From an uncultured bacterium (GTDB taxonomy: Bacteria > Verrucomicrobiota > Kiritimatiellia > RFP12 > UBA1067), in assembly GCA_902802945.1 (NCBI GenBank), contig CADCOC010000010.1:1049-65048 (forward strand): a DNA stretch of 64,000 nucleotides, in the 5' to 3' direction. Shown piece by piece: positions 40,345 to 49,481 of the stretch. Each line of letters starts with the position of its first letter. The first letter of the stretch is position 1. The notes under the pieces are model-generated. The model worked only from the letters and a program-made list of their open reading frames with translations, searched no databases and had not been told where the DNA came from. The position numbers were made by a program, and so were the translations under genes.

Positions 40345-41964
40345 ATGGCCGAATATGTGACGATTGGCGAGGCGCTGCCGGCGCAGGTGGACGGACTCGA
40401 CGTGCTGGGCGCCGTATGCAACAACATGGTGGTGTCGCTGGCGATGCCGTATTTCGCCGATCCGGAGGTGCGTCCGCTTACTCGTGCGGACGACTACGGT
40501 TTCGAGATCTACCGCTCGTCGCTCGTGTTCCTGCTCGCGAAGTGCGCCGAGGAGCTGGCGCACGGGTCCGAGTTCCGCGTGCGACAGTCGATCTCGCAGG
40601 CTCTCTACTGCACATGGACGCCGCCCGCGCGCGGTTCCAGTTCCGCCAAGGCGACGGGCGATATCGCGCGCCTCTCCGCCGCGCTGAAGGACCTCGTGCG
40701 CGCGGACGTGCCGATCACGGCCCAGCCCGCCCCCTACAAAAACGCCGTGGAGGTACTCGGCAAACTTGGCCGCGTGGACGAACTCAACCTCCTCCGTCAC
40801 CGCAACCCGCCCGCCGTCCTGCTCTCGTGCTGCGGCGATTTCCGCGCGCTGAACCAGACGCCTCTTGCGCCGCGCACGGGCATGCTTGACCTCTGGGAGC
40901 TAATACCGGCGGATGGTGGCTTCATTCTCAACGTGCCGCCGCCGGAGACGCCGTGCAAGCTCCGCCGCGTGCCCGCGACCGCGCCGTTCTTCAAGATATT
41001 CCGACACCAGGCCGAACACCGCCGCATGACGGGCGTCGAGACGCTCGGCGACCTCAACCAGGCGATCCTCGAGAAGCGCTTCGACGTGTTCGTGCGCACG
41101 GTGGAGGCGATGCAGACGAAGGACCTTGCCCAGATCGCCGACAAGATCGCTGCACGCGGCGAGGTGCGTCTCGTGCTGCTCGCGGGACCGTCCTCGGCCG
41201 GCAAGACCACCACGGCGCACCGTCTTTGCACGCAGCTGCGCGTGGTGGGTCTGCGTCCGCTCCTCCTCTCCACCGACGACTACTTCGTGGGCGACGCGCG
41301 CAATCCGCGCGACGCGGAGGGCAACCTCGACTATGAGACCGTCAAGGCCGTCGACGACGTGCGCCTCGCGGCCGACCTGGAGGAACTCTTCGCGGGGAAA
41401 CCCGTCCATCTGCGCAAGTTCGACTTCCTGAAGCACGACGGCTACGACGCGAAGGAAACGACGCGCCTGCCGTCCGACGGCGTGGTGGTTTTGGAAGGCA
41501 TCCACGCGCTCAACCCGTCGCTCACGGCGGCGCTCCCCGACAACGTGAAGTTCCGCGTGTACCTCAACGCGCTCACGCAGCTCGTGGTGGACTCCTGCAA
41601 CCGCATCTCGACCACCGATACGCGTCTCCTGCGCCGCCTCGTGCGCGACTTCCACTTCCGGGGAATGTCGCCGCTCAACACGTTCCGCCTCTGGCCGAAC
41701 GTGGTGGCGGGCGAGCGGAAGTGGATCTATCCCTACCAGGCGAAGGCAGATGCCGTGTTCAACAGTGCGCTCGACTACGAGCTCGCCGTGCTGAAGCCGT
41801 TTGCGAGCGAGCTCCTGAACCAGGTGAAGCCGTGGGACGCCGCATTTGCCGAGGCGCGCCGCCTCTCCGGCATCCTCCACAACGTCTCGCCGGCCCCCGC
41901 CGACTGCGTGCCGGGCGACTCCATCCTCCGCGAGACGATCGGCGGCAGCCAGCTGACCTACTGA
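40345..41964 (+). CDS. uridine kinase / phosphoribulokinase-family nucleoside kinase with an N-terminal extra domain
   Basis: ATG 40345. P-loop LLAGPSSAGKTTTAHRL, plus LLLSTDDYFVG and VVVLEGIHALNP. ~540 aa. Confidence 0.72.
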   Translation: MAEYVTIGEALPAQVDGLDVLGAVCNNMVVSLAMPYFADPEVRPLTRADDYGFEIYRSSLVFLLAKCAEELAHGSEFRVRQSISQALYCTWTPPARGSSSAKATGDIARLSAALKDLVRADVPITAQPAPYKNAVEVLGKLGRVDELNLLRHRNPPAVLLSCCGDFRALNQTPLAPRTGMLDLWELIPADGGFILNVPPPETPCKLRRVPATAPFFKIFRHQAEHRRMTGVETLGDLNQAILEKRFDVFVRTVEAMQTKDLAQIADKIAARGEVRLVLLAGPSSAGKTTTAHRLCTQLRVVGLRPLLLSTDDYFVGDARNPRDAEGNLDYETVKAVDDVRLAADLEELFAGKPVHLRKFDFLKHDGYDAKETTRLPSDGVVVLEGIHALNPSLTAALPDNVKFRVYLNALTQLVVDSCNRISTTDTRLLRRLVRDFHFRGMSPLNTFRLWPNVVAGERKWIYPYQAKADAVFNSALDYELAVLKPFASELLNQVKPWDAAFAEARRLSGILHNVSPAPADCVPGDSILRETIGGSQLTY

Positions 41965-42056
41965 AAAGTGCCGTGAATTGGGCTTGTTGGCATCTAGTTT
42001 TCGTCAGCGGCCGAAGGAAGATGACGGACATGAAAATTCGACATGCGCTTAATCCC

Positions 42057-42084
42057 GATTATGCGCTACTGATTATGCGCTACT
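42057..42084 (+). promoter_or_regulatory. tandem 14-nt direct repeat (GATTATGCGCTACT x2) over the -35 region
   Basis: Perfect repeat at 42057-42070 and 42071-42084. A third ATGCGCT lies at 42043. The -10 box follows 23 nt downstream. Confidence 0.5.
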
Positions 42085-42104
42085 TGCGCAACGGCGGCGG
42101 AAAA

Positions 42105-42113
42105 TGCTATAAT
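42105..42113 (+). promoter_or_regulatory. extended -10 box TGcTATAAT, 7 nt upstream of ATG 42121 (leaderless-type arrangement)
   Basis: Sequence tgctataat, then acccgcc, then ATG. Confidence 0.5.
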
Positions 42114-42120
42114 ACCCGCC

Positions 42121-43140
42121 ATGAAAACAAGCCTTTTTCTTTTGGCGGGTACACTGACGTTGTGCGCGCAGGGGGCGTGGTACTGGCCGTTCGGCGCGGA
42201 CAGGGACAGCACCAACGCGCCGCCGCGCCTGCACCGTCTGCTCGAGCCGGCGAACGACTTCATCGAACTTGCCCAGGACGCTTCGCTAGAAGGCGACACT
42301 GCCAAGGCGCTGGAGAACTACCGCTTCGCGCTTGAGGAGCTCGACCGCGTGGAGACGGAGTACCCGGACCGCGCAGCCAGCGCCGAGTTCGCCCCGCTTC
42401 GTCTGCGGCGTGCAGCCTGCACTGCGGCCATCGACGCCATCCGCTTCGCGCAGGTCAACGAGAACATGCGCCCCGTGTCCGTAACCGATACGACCGAGTT
42501 GGAGAAACGTTGGGAAAAGGAACAGGGCCTCTCAGACGAAGAGGAAGATAAGAAAAAAACGGAACCGCCCAAAAAGGAAGATGAGGCCAACCCGAAGGAT
42601 GAGGCGAAGAAGGAGCCGCCTCCGCCGAAGGAGGATGTGAAACAACCTACACCACATCCGAAAGAAGAAGCGATGGTACCTACACCACCGCCGAAAGAAG
42701 ATGATAAGAATGCTTCTCCTCCGCCGAAAGAAGAGAAGAAGGTTGATGATGTGCCGCAAAGCGGGCCTACAAATGTTCTGCCAAAGGACTGGGACGGGCG
42801 CATTGCGCAGGCGATGGCTGATCTCCGGGCGCAGGACTACGCGGCCGCCGATGTGCTGTTGGAGTCCATGTTGAATGAACGCCCGAAGGATTTGAACGCA
42901 TTGCTGTTGCGTGCGGCGGCGCAGACGGGCACGCAGAACTACTATGCGGCGCAACGTACGCTTGAGCGGGCGATGCGCGCGCATCCGAGGTCGTATCTGC
43001 CGTACTACAATCTCGCGAACCTCCTTGTCATTCAGGGGGGCGACCTTGAGTCGGCGCGGGAGTACTACGAGCTCGGCCGAACGGTTGGTGGGCCGGTCAA
43101 CAAGGCGCTTGAGGCGCGACTGAAAGGAGTCGGAAAATGA
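42121..43140 (+). CDS. secreted TPR-repeat protein with a Pro/Lys/Glu-rich linker
   Basis: Signal peptide MKTSLFLLAGTLTLCAQG. PPPKE(D/E)-type repeats. TPR-like helices at both ends. Confidence 0.65.
   Translation: MKTSLFLLAGTLTLCAQGAWYWPFGADRDSTNAPPRLHRLLEPANDFIELAQDASLEGDTAKALENYRFALEELDRVETEYPDRAASAEFAPLRLRRAACTAAIDAIRFAQVNENMRPVSVTDTTELEKRWEKEQGLSDEEEDKKKTEPPKKEDEANPKDEAKKEPPPPKEDVKQPTPHPKEEAMVPTPPPKEDDKNASPPPKEEKKVDDVPQSGPTNVLPKDWDGRIAQAMADLRAQDYAAADVLLESMLNERPKDLNALLLRAAAQTGTQNYYAAQRTLERAMRAHPRSYLPYYNLANLLVIQGGDLESAREYYELGRTVGGPVNKALEARLKGVGK
42535..42750 (+). repeat. coding low-complexity repeat (PPPKED/PPPKEE units)
   Basis: EPPKKEDEANPKDEAKKEPPPPKEDVKQPTPHPKEEAMVPTPPPKEDDKNASPPPKEEKK. 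Confidence 0.75.
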
Positions 43141-43907
43141 GGTTTCTGCTGGCATGTGCGTGTGCGGCGTCCATCGTGGCCGCAGCACAGGACGCAACTG
43201 TTCTCGACGAGATATCTCGCGCGGCTAAGGAACCGCCGAAACTGACGCGCGCGGCATCGGCGCCGGCGGTGCTGGCCGCGTGCCGCGAGATGCTGCCGTA
43301 CCGTCCGATAGAATTGAAGGGCGCGCTGATCCTGCGCAACCGCAAGGGGATCGTCCAGAAGGAGTGCGACTACAGGCTCGTCATGCGGCGGAGCGACGAG
43401 TCGACGCAGTTGTCGGTCTCACTGTTCGCGCGGCACGAGACGAACGAGTTGGCGTCCGTGAAGATTTCGCGCCGCGGCAACGCGCGGCCGACGATCCAGC
43501 TCGTGTCCAACGGGACGGACCAGTCCATAGGGTCGCCGCTTGATCGCGTGATGGACACCGACGTGACCTGGCTCGACCTGACCTTCGACTTCCTCTGGTG
43601 GACGGACGCCCAGTACGAGACGGAACGCGAGGGCGAGACGGTCCACGGGCAGACGTGCATGGTGATCCTCGTGCGTCCGCCGACGAAGATCGAGGGACTC
43701 GAGGCCGTGCGGCTGTGGGCTGACAAGAAGACGGGCTGCCTCATGCAGGCCGAGCAGCTGGGCGAGGGCATGAAGCCCCTGCGTCGGCTCTGGGGCACGC
43801 GCGTGAAGAAGTTCGGCGAGCGCTGGATGGTTTCCGTGCTTGAAGTGGAGACGCTCGGGTCGCGCCACCGCACGAAGATCACGGTGGAATCGCTTCAAGA
43901 ACTGTGA
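43137..43907 (+). CDS. outer-membrane lipoprotein-sorting (LolA-like) family protein
   Basis: Signal peptide. Pattern DTDVTWLDLTFDFLWW...GETVHGQTCMVILVRPP...RWMVSVLEVE is recalled from LolA-like/DUF1571-type proteins. ATGA overlap with the upstream gene. Confidence 0.5.
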   Translation: MRFLLACACAASIVAAAQDATVLDEISRAAKEPPKLTRAASAPAVLAACREMLPYRPIELKGALILRNRKGIVQKECDYRLVMRRSDESTQLSVSLFARHETNELASVKISRRGNARPTIQLVSNGTDQSIGSPLDRVMDTDVTWLDLTFDFLWWTDAQYETEREGETVHGQTCMVILVRPPTKIEGLEAVRLWADKKTGCLMQAEQLGEGMKPLRRLWGTRVKKFGERWMVSVLEVETLGSRHRTKITVESLQEL

Positions 43908-44024
43908 TTATTGTTCACAAATGTTCAATGCCATCATTGTTCACAAATCACAAATATAAATGAGGCTTGGCATCTTGACATTGATATTTGTGAACAATTG
44001 TGACAATTGAGATTTGTGAACAAT
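43908..44024. repeat. AT-rich inverted-repeat element, copy 2 (MITE/REP-like)
   Basis: Same four-box architecture as 16388-16503. It starts 1 nt after the stop at 43907, and its last bases overlap the ATG at 44023. Confidence 0.85.
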
Positions 44025-45006
44025 GACTGAGCCTATGGTTTTGGCCTTTATACTGATTCTGCTGGTCTTATTCGTACTCTCTGCGTTTTTTTCTTCCGCC
44101 GAGACGGTTCTTTTCTCGCTGACGCCTCGCCAGCTCCAGACCATTGAGAGGGCAAAGCCCTCGGTCGCACGCCGGATTGCCGGCTGGCAGAAGGAACCGG
44201 CTCTCATACTCTCGACCATTCTCGCGGGCAACACGCTCGTCAACTTCGCCATAGCCTCGCTAGGCTACATGCTGATGCTGCGCTTTGTGGAGACGGGCAC
44301 CGAGGCGGTTTCGGTGGCGACGTTCACGTTCCTCCTGCTGGTGTTCGGCGAGATCATGCCGAAACAGTACGCGATGCGCCATGCGGAGCGGATGGCGGCT
44401 TTCTGCGTGCGTCTGCTGCTGTTTTGGCGGATCGTGCTCAAGCCGTTCTCCGCGCTGATGGTGGCGGGGTCGCGCGTGTTCGGCGATCTCCTCACGCGGG
44501 AGCGCCGCGCGCTTTCCGACGACGAGCTGCGGACGGTCGTGGAGTCTGCCGCGGCCTCGGGCGAACTTGACCGCGAGGAGGCGTCGATGGTGGAGGGCAT
44601 CATGCGCCTGCCGGACCTCTACGCGCTCAACGAGATGACGCCGCGCGTGCGGCTCAAGGGCATTGAGGCGACTCTGTCTGACGCCGAGAAGGTGCGTCTT
44701 GCGGAAGAGTTGGACTATCCGTTTCTGCCGGTCTACCGGAACGACATGGACCACATCGAGGGATTCCTAGATACGGAGCGATTGATGTCTGACCCGGCGC
44801 GGAACGTGTCGGCGGCCATTGACGAGCCGCTGCGCGTCTCGGAGCACCAGGGCCTCGACGACCTGCTCGTCCTCTTCATGAAGACCGGCCGGCGCATCGC
44901 CCTCGTGGAGGACCGCTGGGGCGGCACGGCGGGGATAATCACGCGCGGCGACATCCTTGAGCTGATCGTGAAGCCCGTGATTGACGACGAGGTGGAGGAC
45001 GACTGA
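44023..45006 (+). CDS. CNNM/DUF21 + CBS domain transporter-associated protein (HlyC/CorC family)
   Basis: DUF21 N-terminus LSAFFSSAETVLFSL with TM helices, then a CBS pair region. Alternative start at ATG 44035. Confidence 0.78.
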   Translation: MTEPMVLAFILILLVLFVLSAFFSSAETVLFSLTPRQLQTIERAKPSVARRIAGWQKEPALILSTILAGNTLVNFAIASLGYMLMLRFVETGTEAVSVATFTFLLLVFGEIMPKQYAMRHAERMAAFCVRLLLFWRIVLKPFSALMVAGSRVFGDLLTRERRALSDDELRTVVESAAASGELDREEASMVEGIMRLPDLYALNEMTPRVRLKGIEATLSDAEKVRLAEELDYPFLPVYRNDMDHIEGFLDTERLMSDPARNVSAAIDEPLRVSEHQGLDDLLVLFMKTGRRIALVEDRWGGTAGIITRGDILELIVKPVIDDEVEDD

Positions 45007-45857
45007 TGGCCAAGACCACTATCCTCGTCGTGCTCATGGCCATTTCCCTGGCGGTAGCGGCGTTCTGCGCCGGCGTGGAGACGGGATTCCTCTCCGTGTC
45101 GCGCGTGCGCCTGCTCTCGCTCGTGCGCCAGTCCGCGCCGCGCGCGAAGCGTCTGGCGCGGATTTTGGGCGACATGTCGCGCGTCCTCACGACGCTCCTT
45201 GTGGGCAACAACCTCGCGGCCGTACTCTTCTCCACCGCCACGGCTGCGTTAGGCGCGCAGCTGTTCGCAAACGCGCCGATCGTGCGTTCGGCGTGGTCGC
45301 TCGCGGCCGCCGTGCTGATGCTGTTCCTGGGCGAGTACCTGCCGAAGCTGATCTTCGCCTCGCGTCCGCTCCGCCGTTCGCTGTGGGCCTCCGGCCTGTA
45401 CCGCTGGCTGGCGTTCGTGCTGGCCATTCCGGTGGCGGCGTTCTCGGCGCTGGTACGCGTCGTGTTCCGCGTGCGCCAGCCGCGCTCGCTTAGGCTGGGC
45501 GTCTCGCGCGACGGCCTGCGGATGCTGGTGGCCGACCGCAACGACGCGACGCGCCTCACGCAGTTCGAACGGCGCCTGATCGACCGCGTGCTGATGCTCC
45601 AGGCGACGTTCGCGAAAGACCTCATGCATCCGGCCACCGAGAGGGACCTGGCAGAGATGAAAGAGTACCGCAGGCCTGGAAAAGTCGGGCATTTCTGCAT
45701 TCCGTCTATGACGCGCGGGGACGACATCCTGCCTCTCATGAGGCACAACCGCAGCCCGGTGGCAGTCGTCTGCGACGAGGCGACCGGCGCCGAACTTGGG
45801 GTGGTCACTGAAGAAGATGTACTTCTTGCCTTGACCGGAACCCTCAAAGAAGGGTAA
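45006..45857 (+). CDS. CNNM/DUF21 domain membrane protein with a CBS-like C-terminus
   Basis: AAFCAGVETGFLSVSRVRL plus TM helices. Paralogous layout to the upstream gene. 1-nt stop/start overlap. Confidence 0.72.
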   Translation: MAKTTILVVLMAISLAVAAFCAGVETGFLSVSRVRLLSLVRQSAPRAKRLARILGDMSRVLTTLLVGNNLAAVLFSTATAALGAQLFANAPIVRSAWSLAAAVLMLFLGEYLPKLIFASRPLRRSLWASGLYRWLAFVLAIPVAAFSALVRVVFRVRQPRSLRLGVSRDGLRMLVADRNDATRLTQFERRLIDRVLMLQATFAKDLMHPATERDLAEMKEYRRPGKVGHFCIPSMTRGDDILPLMRHNRSPVAVVCDEATGAELGVVTEEDVLLALTGTLKEG

Positions 45858-45888
45858 AATATACCCGCACATCTTAAAGGAGAAAGCA

Positions 45889-47412
45889 ATGGAAACAAAA
45901 CCAGAAACGGAAAACTCCGCGGCGGAGACGCCTGCGGTCGAGACACCTGCGGCCAATCCGCCGAAGAAAAAGTCGCTGATGCGGCGAATCATCAAGGGTC
46001 TGTTGTGGACCACTGGCGGTTTGCTCATCTTCATCATCCTGGCGCTTCTGACGCTGCCGCTGTGGATCAACCCCGTCGGGACGTCGCTCGCGGGCTGGAT
46101 TGTGCCGAAGTTCACGGACACGGCGTTCAACCTCGAGCAACTGAACCTGAACCCGTACACGGGCAAGCTTCTCGTTTCCGGCGTCAAGCTCGCAAACCCC
46201 GAGGGGTACGCCGAGAAAGACGCCTTCGAGCTGGGATCGCTCAGCGTGGATCTGGAGGTCTCGTCGCTGCTGTCGAAGGAGATCCACGTGCGCGACATCA
46301 TGATCGACGCGCCGTACGCGAGTTACGTGTTTGACGCGGCGGGCTCCAACAACTTCGATCGCATCATCGCAGCGGTCAACAAGAAACTCGGTCCGAAGGA
46401 GAAGAAGGAGAAGAAAGAGCCGAGCGATACGAAGGTGGTCATCGACAAGGTGACGATCAAGAACGTGAAAGTCGCCGTCAACACTGGGCGCTTCGAGCTG
46501 ACCTCACTTGTGGTCACGGACTTCGGCAAGTCGACGGCCGCCACGATCAAGTTGGAAGGCGTGAAGCTCGTCAACCCCGACGGCTTCCCTGAACCTGACG
46601 CCTTCAGCCTCAAGTCGCTCAGCATCGGGATGGAGACGGCCGACTTGTCTAAGAAGCCCATGGTGTTCCACGACATCATCGTCGACTCCACCTACGCCGG
46701 GCTCGTCTACAATGACGCTGGCGTGGGCAACTTCGACGCGATACTCAAGCCGATCAAGGGCGACGAGAAGGACGAGAAGAAGGAAGTCGCTGCCGACGAG
46801 AAAAAGGACAAGGAGAAGGAAGAGAAGGACGGCACCCCGCGCGTGCAGATCGACAAGCTTGAAATCACCGGCACGAAACTCCAGTGGCGCAAGGTTACGC
46901 TGCCCATTCCGCTTCCCACCTTCACGGATATCGGAAAGACGTCCGAGAAGGGCGCGACGCTCAAGGATGTTGCCAACCAGGTGATGGACAAGGCGAAGGG
47001 CGCGATGACTGGATTCGGGGATCTGGCAGGGGCGCTTGGCAGCGGCGTGACGAACGTTCTTGGAAGTGCCGGCGAAATCGTGAGCGGCGGAGTTTCCAAC
47101 GTTTTGGACGGCGCATCCAACGTGCTTGGAGGCGCGACCAGCGCGATCAGCGGCGGCACGTCCAACGTGCTGAACGGCGCGAAGGGGATTCTGGGCAACG
47201 TACTCCCCGGCGGCGAAAATAAAGAAAAGAAGGAAGACGACGCGTCGGGCGTGACCGGCAAGGCTGTAGATGGCGCTAAGAACGTCGGCAAGGCTGTCGG
47301 CGAGGGTGCGGTGAACGCCGGCAAGGCTATCGGCGAAGGCGCGAAGAACCTCGGCGAGGGAGTTAAGAACCTCGGCGAGGGTGCGCTCAAGACACTGGGA
47401 ATCGGCAAGTAA
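45889..47412 (+). CDS. AsmA/DUF748-like membrane-anchored protein with a Gly-rich repetitive C-terminus
   Basis: N-terminal TM helix (GLLWTTGGLLIFIILALLTL). Repeated NLNPYTGKLLVSGVKLANPEGY / KLEGVKLVNPDGF modules. C-terminal (S/G)NVLG and GKAVGEGA repeats. Confidence 0.5.
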   Translation: METKPETENSAAETPAVETPAANPPKKKSLMRRIIKGLLWTTGGLLIFIILALLTLPLWINPVGTSLAGWIVPKFTDTAFNLEQLNLNPYTGKLLVSGVKLANPEGYAEKDAFELGSLSVDLEVSSLLSKEIHVRDIMIDAPYASYVFDAAGSNNFDRIIAAVNKKLGPKEKKEKKEPSDTKVVIDKVTIKNVKVAVNTGRFELTSLVVTDFGKSTAATIKLEGVKLVNPDGFPEPDAFSLKSLSIGMETADLSKKPMVFHDIIVDSTYAGLVYNDAGVGNFDAILKPIKGDEKDEKKEVAADEKKDKEKEEKDGTPRVQIDKLEITGTKLQWRKVTLPIPLPTFTDIGKTSEKGATLKDVANQVMDKAKGAMTGFGDLAGALGSGVTNVLGSAGEIVSGGVSNVLDGASNVLGGATSAISGGTSNVLNGAKGILGNVLPGGENKEKKEDDASGVTGKAVDGAKNVGKAVGEGAVNAGKAIGEGAKNLGEGVKNLGEGALKTLGIGK

Positions 47413-47424
47413 CCGGTTGGGACA

Positions 47425-48690
47425 ATGGAAGGCTCGATCCATCTGGTCGGCATCGGCGGCGTCGGGATGAGCGCGCTTGCGCAGGCTTATCTCGACGTCG
47501 GGTACGCCGTTTCGGGTGCAGACCGCTCTCTGCGCGCGGACGGGCGGTGCACGCCCGTCTTGGAGGCGCTGGCCACCGAAGGGGTTCGCCTGTTCCCCGA
47601 TGACGGATCGGGCGTTGGCGTCGGCACGGATCGCCTTGTGGTTTCAACGGCCATCGAGGATACGAACCCCGACCTCGCGGCTGCGCGCGCGCGCGGCATC
47701 CCCGTGGTCCACCGCGCGGCGGCGCTTTCCGAACTGCTTTCCGCGCGCAAGCTCGTTGCCGTGGCTGGCACGTGCGGTAAGTCCACTGTCACTGCTATTC
47801 TTGGGCATGTCCTTGTGGAATGCGGCTTCGACCCGCTCGTCGTCAACGGCGCGCAGGTCGTGGGCTGGGATGCAAACGGCACGCGCGTGGGGTCCGTGCG
47901 GAAGGGCGCGGGCGAATACGCCGTGGCGGAGGTCGATGAAAGCGACAAGTCGCTCACCGCGTTCCATCCGTACGCCGCGATTGTCACGAACGCCTCCGCC
48001 GACCACTACTCGAAGGAGGAGATGGCCGTCATCGACGGACGCGATCCGTCGGGGAAGCGGCACTCCTGCCGCTTCATTCATGAGGCGGAAGATGCGCTTG
48101 GCGTGTTCCCGATGCCTGGCGCGCACAACCGCGCGAACGCGCGCCTCGCGCTCGCGATGGCGATTGCGCTCGGGGCGGATCCCGCGAAGGCCGCCGCAGC
48201 GCTTGCCACGTTTCCCGGCGTGGAGCGCCGTCTTCAGCGCGTTGGTTCAGTCCTGTGTGGCGATCAAGAGGTCGCCGTCTACGATGACTACGCCCACAAT
48301 CCGGAGAAGCTTCACGCTATGTGGACTACGCTTGCGGAGGCGTATCCGCGCGGAGTGGCGGCGGTGTGGCGTCCGCACGGCTACGGCCCGCTGCGGAAGA
48401 TGCTCGAGCCGCTCGCGGCGGCGTTTCGCGGCGTGATGCGTCCGCAGGACGCGCTCGTGCTGCTGCCCGTCTATGACGCGGGCGGCACAGCGGACCGCAG
48501 CGTCAACTCCGACGCCCTCGCGGCGCTTATGGGAGACGCGCCTGGGGTCGTGAAGCTTGTTTCCGACTTAGAGGAGGCGGAGGAATATCTCCGCGCGCGC
48601 GCCGACGCCTTCGGCGCAATCGTTACGGCTGGTGCGCGCGATCCGGGATTGCCCGTGCTCGCGCGCCGTCTCGCCGGAAAGGAAAGATAA
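47425..48690 (+). CDS. murC: UDP-N-acetylmuramate--L-alanine ligase-like Mur ligase, compact form
   Basis: Motifs IHLVGIGGVGMSALAQ, VAVAGTCGKSTVTA, AEVDESDKS, VTNASADH, PGAHNRANA and YDDYAHNPEK. 421 aa. About 50 aa shorter than my recollection of E. coli MurC between the ADH and PGxHN motifs. Confidence 0.72.
   Translation: MEGSIHLVGIGGVGMSALAQAYLDVGYAVSGADRSLRADGRCTPVLEALATEGVRLFPDDGSGVGVGTDRLVVSTAIEDTNPDLAAARARGIPVVHRAAALSELLSARKLVAVAGTCGKSTVTAILGHVLVECGFDPLVVNGAQVVGWDANGTRVGSVRKGAGEYAVAEVDESDKSLTAFHPYAAIVTNASADHYSKEEMAVIDGRDPSGKRHSCRFIHEAEDALGVFPMPGAHNRANARLALAMAIALGADPAKAAAALATFPGVERRLQRVGSVLCGDQEVAVYDDYAHNPEKLHAMWTTLAEAYPRGVAAVWRPHGYGPLRKMLEPLAAAFRGVMRPQDALVLLPVYDAGGTADRSVNSDALAALMGDAPGVVKLVSDLEEAEEYLRARADAFGAIVTAGARDPGLPVLARRLAGKER
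47539..47559. repeat. GC hairpin mini-element inside murC (GACGGGCG-GTGCA-CGCCCGTC)
   Basis: Perfect 8-bp stem. Same ACGGGCR/YGCCCGT stem family as 3970-3987 and 25826-25871. Confidence 0.7.
48046..48075. repeat. 30-nt hairpin mini-element inside murC
   Basis: CCGTCGGGGAAGCGGCACTCCTGCCGCTTC matches 18770-18799 at 29 of 30 positions, but is read here as PSGKRHSCRF rather than (P)VGEAALLPL. Confidence 0.88.
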
Positions 48691-49481
48691 TGAAGACGAT
48701 GAAATTCAGTTGCGCTGCGGCTGTCGCCGCGCTGCTCGCATGCGCGCCGCTGGTGTCCGCCGCAGCCCCTGACGCGAAGAAGGAGGCCAAACCCGCGAAG
48801 GCTCAGGAAGATAAGCCTGCAAAGGCCCCTGAGGCTCCGGCGCGCGAGAAGCCGTCCGAGGCGGCTGTGGCGAAGGCCCTTAAGGCGAAGAAGCCGATGT
48901 ACACGAAGTTCGCCGACGCGAAGGAGGCGGCGTGGAACTGCCAGCAGCCGCTTTTGGTCGCGCTTATTGTCGGCGATGACGAAAAGTCGAAGCATCTGGA
49001 TGCGAAGGCATTGAGGAGGAAGGAGTTCGCCAAGGACTTTGTGCCTGCCAATTGCGTATTGCTTGTGTGGAGACTTAAGCCGGCCAAACCCGAGGTGCCG
49101 CAGACGCGCGGTAGGCGCAGGGGGCCGCCGCCTAAGCCGACGGCGATTGAGACGCGCCCGCTGAAGCCGCAGGAGACGGAATTCCTCTCGAAATTCGCCG
49201 TTTCGTCGCGTGCCATCGCGAAGGCGAGGGGCGGCGCCGCGCCGAAGTTCTCCGATATTGCCTGCTACCCCACCGTGCTGTGCGTGGATCCTGAATGCAG
49301 TAAGCTCTATTTCCGCGATCCCAAGTATGACACATCCCTAAGCAATCCAAACGCTTCATTCGGCGTCTGGTTCTCGGAGCTGGTAGACATGTTCCGCGGC
49401 AAGACGGGGCGCGAGCCCGTCGTCACGCCGGCTATACAGAAGATCGTAGACAACCCCACCGAGCCGAAGAAGTGGAAGTGA
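48690..49481 (+). CDS. secreted hypothetical protein (Lys/Ala/Pro-rich N-terminal region)
   Basis: Signal peptide MKTMKFSCAAAVAALLACAPLVSAA. Coding-like composition. No firm motif. Confidence 0.55.
   Translation: MKTMKFSCAAAVAALLACAPLVSAAAPDAKKEAKPAKAQEDKPAKAPEAPAREKPSEAAVAKALKAKKPMYTKFADAKEAAWNCQQPLLVALIVGDDEKSKHLDAKALRRKEFAKDFVPANCVLLVWRLKPAKPEVPQTRGRRRGPPPKPTAIETRPLKPQETEFLSKFAVSSRAIAKARGGAAPKFSDIACYPTVLCVDPECSKLYFRDPKYDTSLSNPNASFGVWFSELVDMFRGKTGREPVVTPAIQKIVDNPTEPKKWK

Noticed and set aside
41741-41750. CCCTACCAGG in the nucleoside-kinase gene as another mini-element copy
   Set aside because: No adjacent GC hairpin is present. It plausibly just encodes a native PYQ tripeptide.
41721-42335. 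204-aa + strand ORF spanning the kinase/TPR intergenic region
   Set aside because: It overlaps the ends of two well-supported genes in other frames, and its product is Arg/Ala/Pro-rich with no features.
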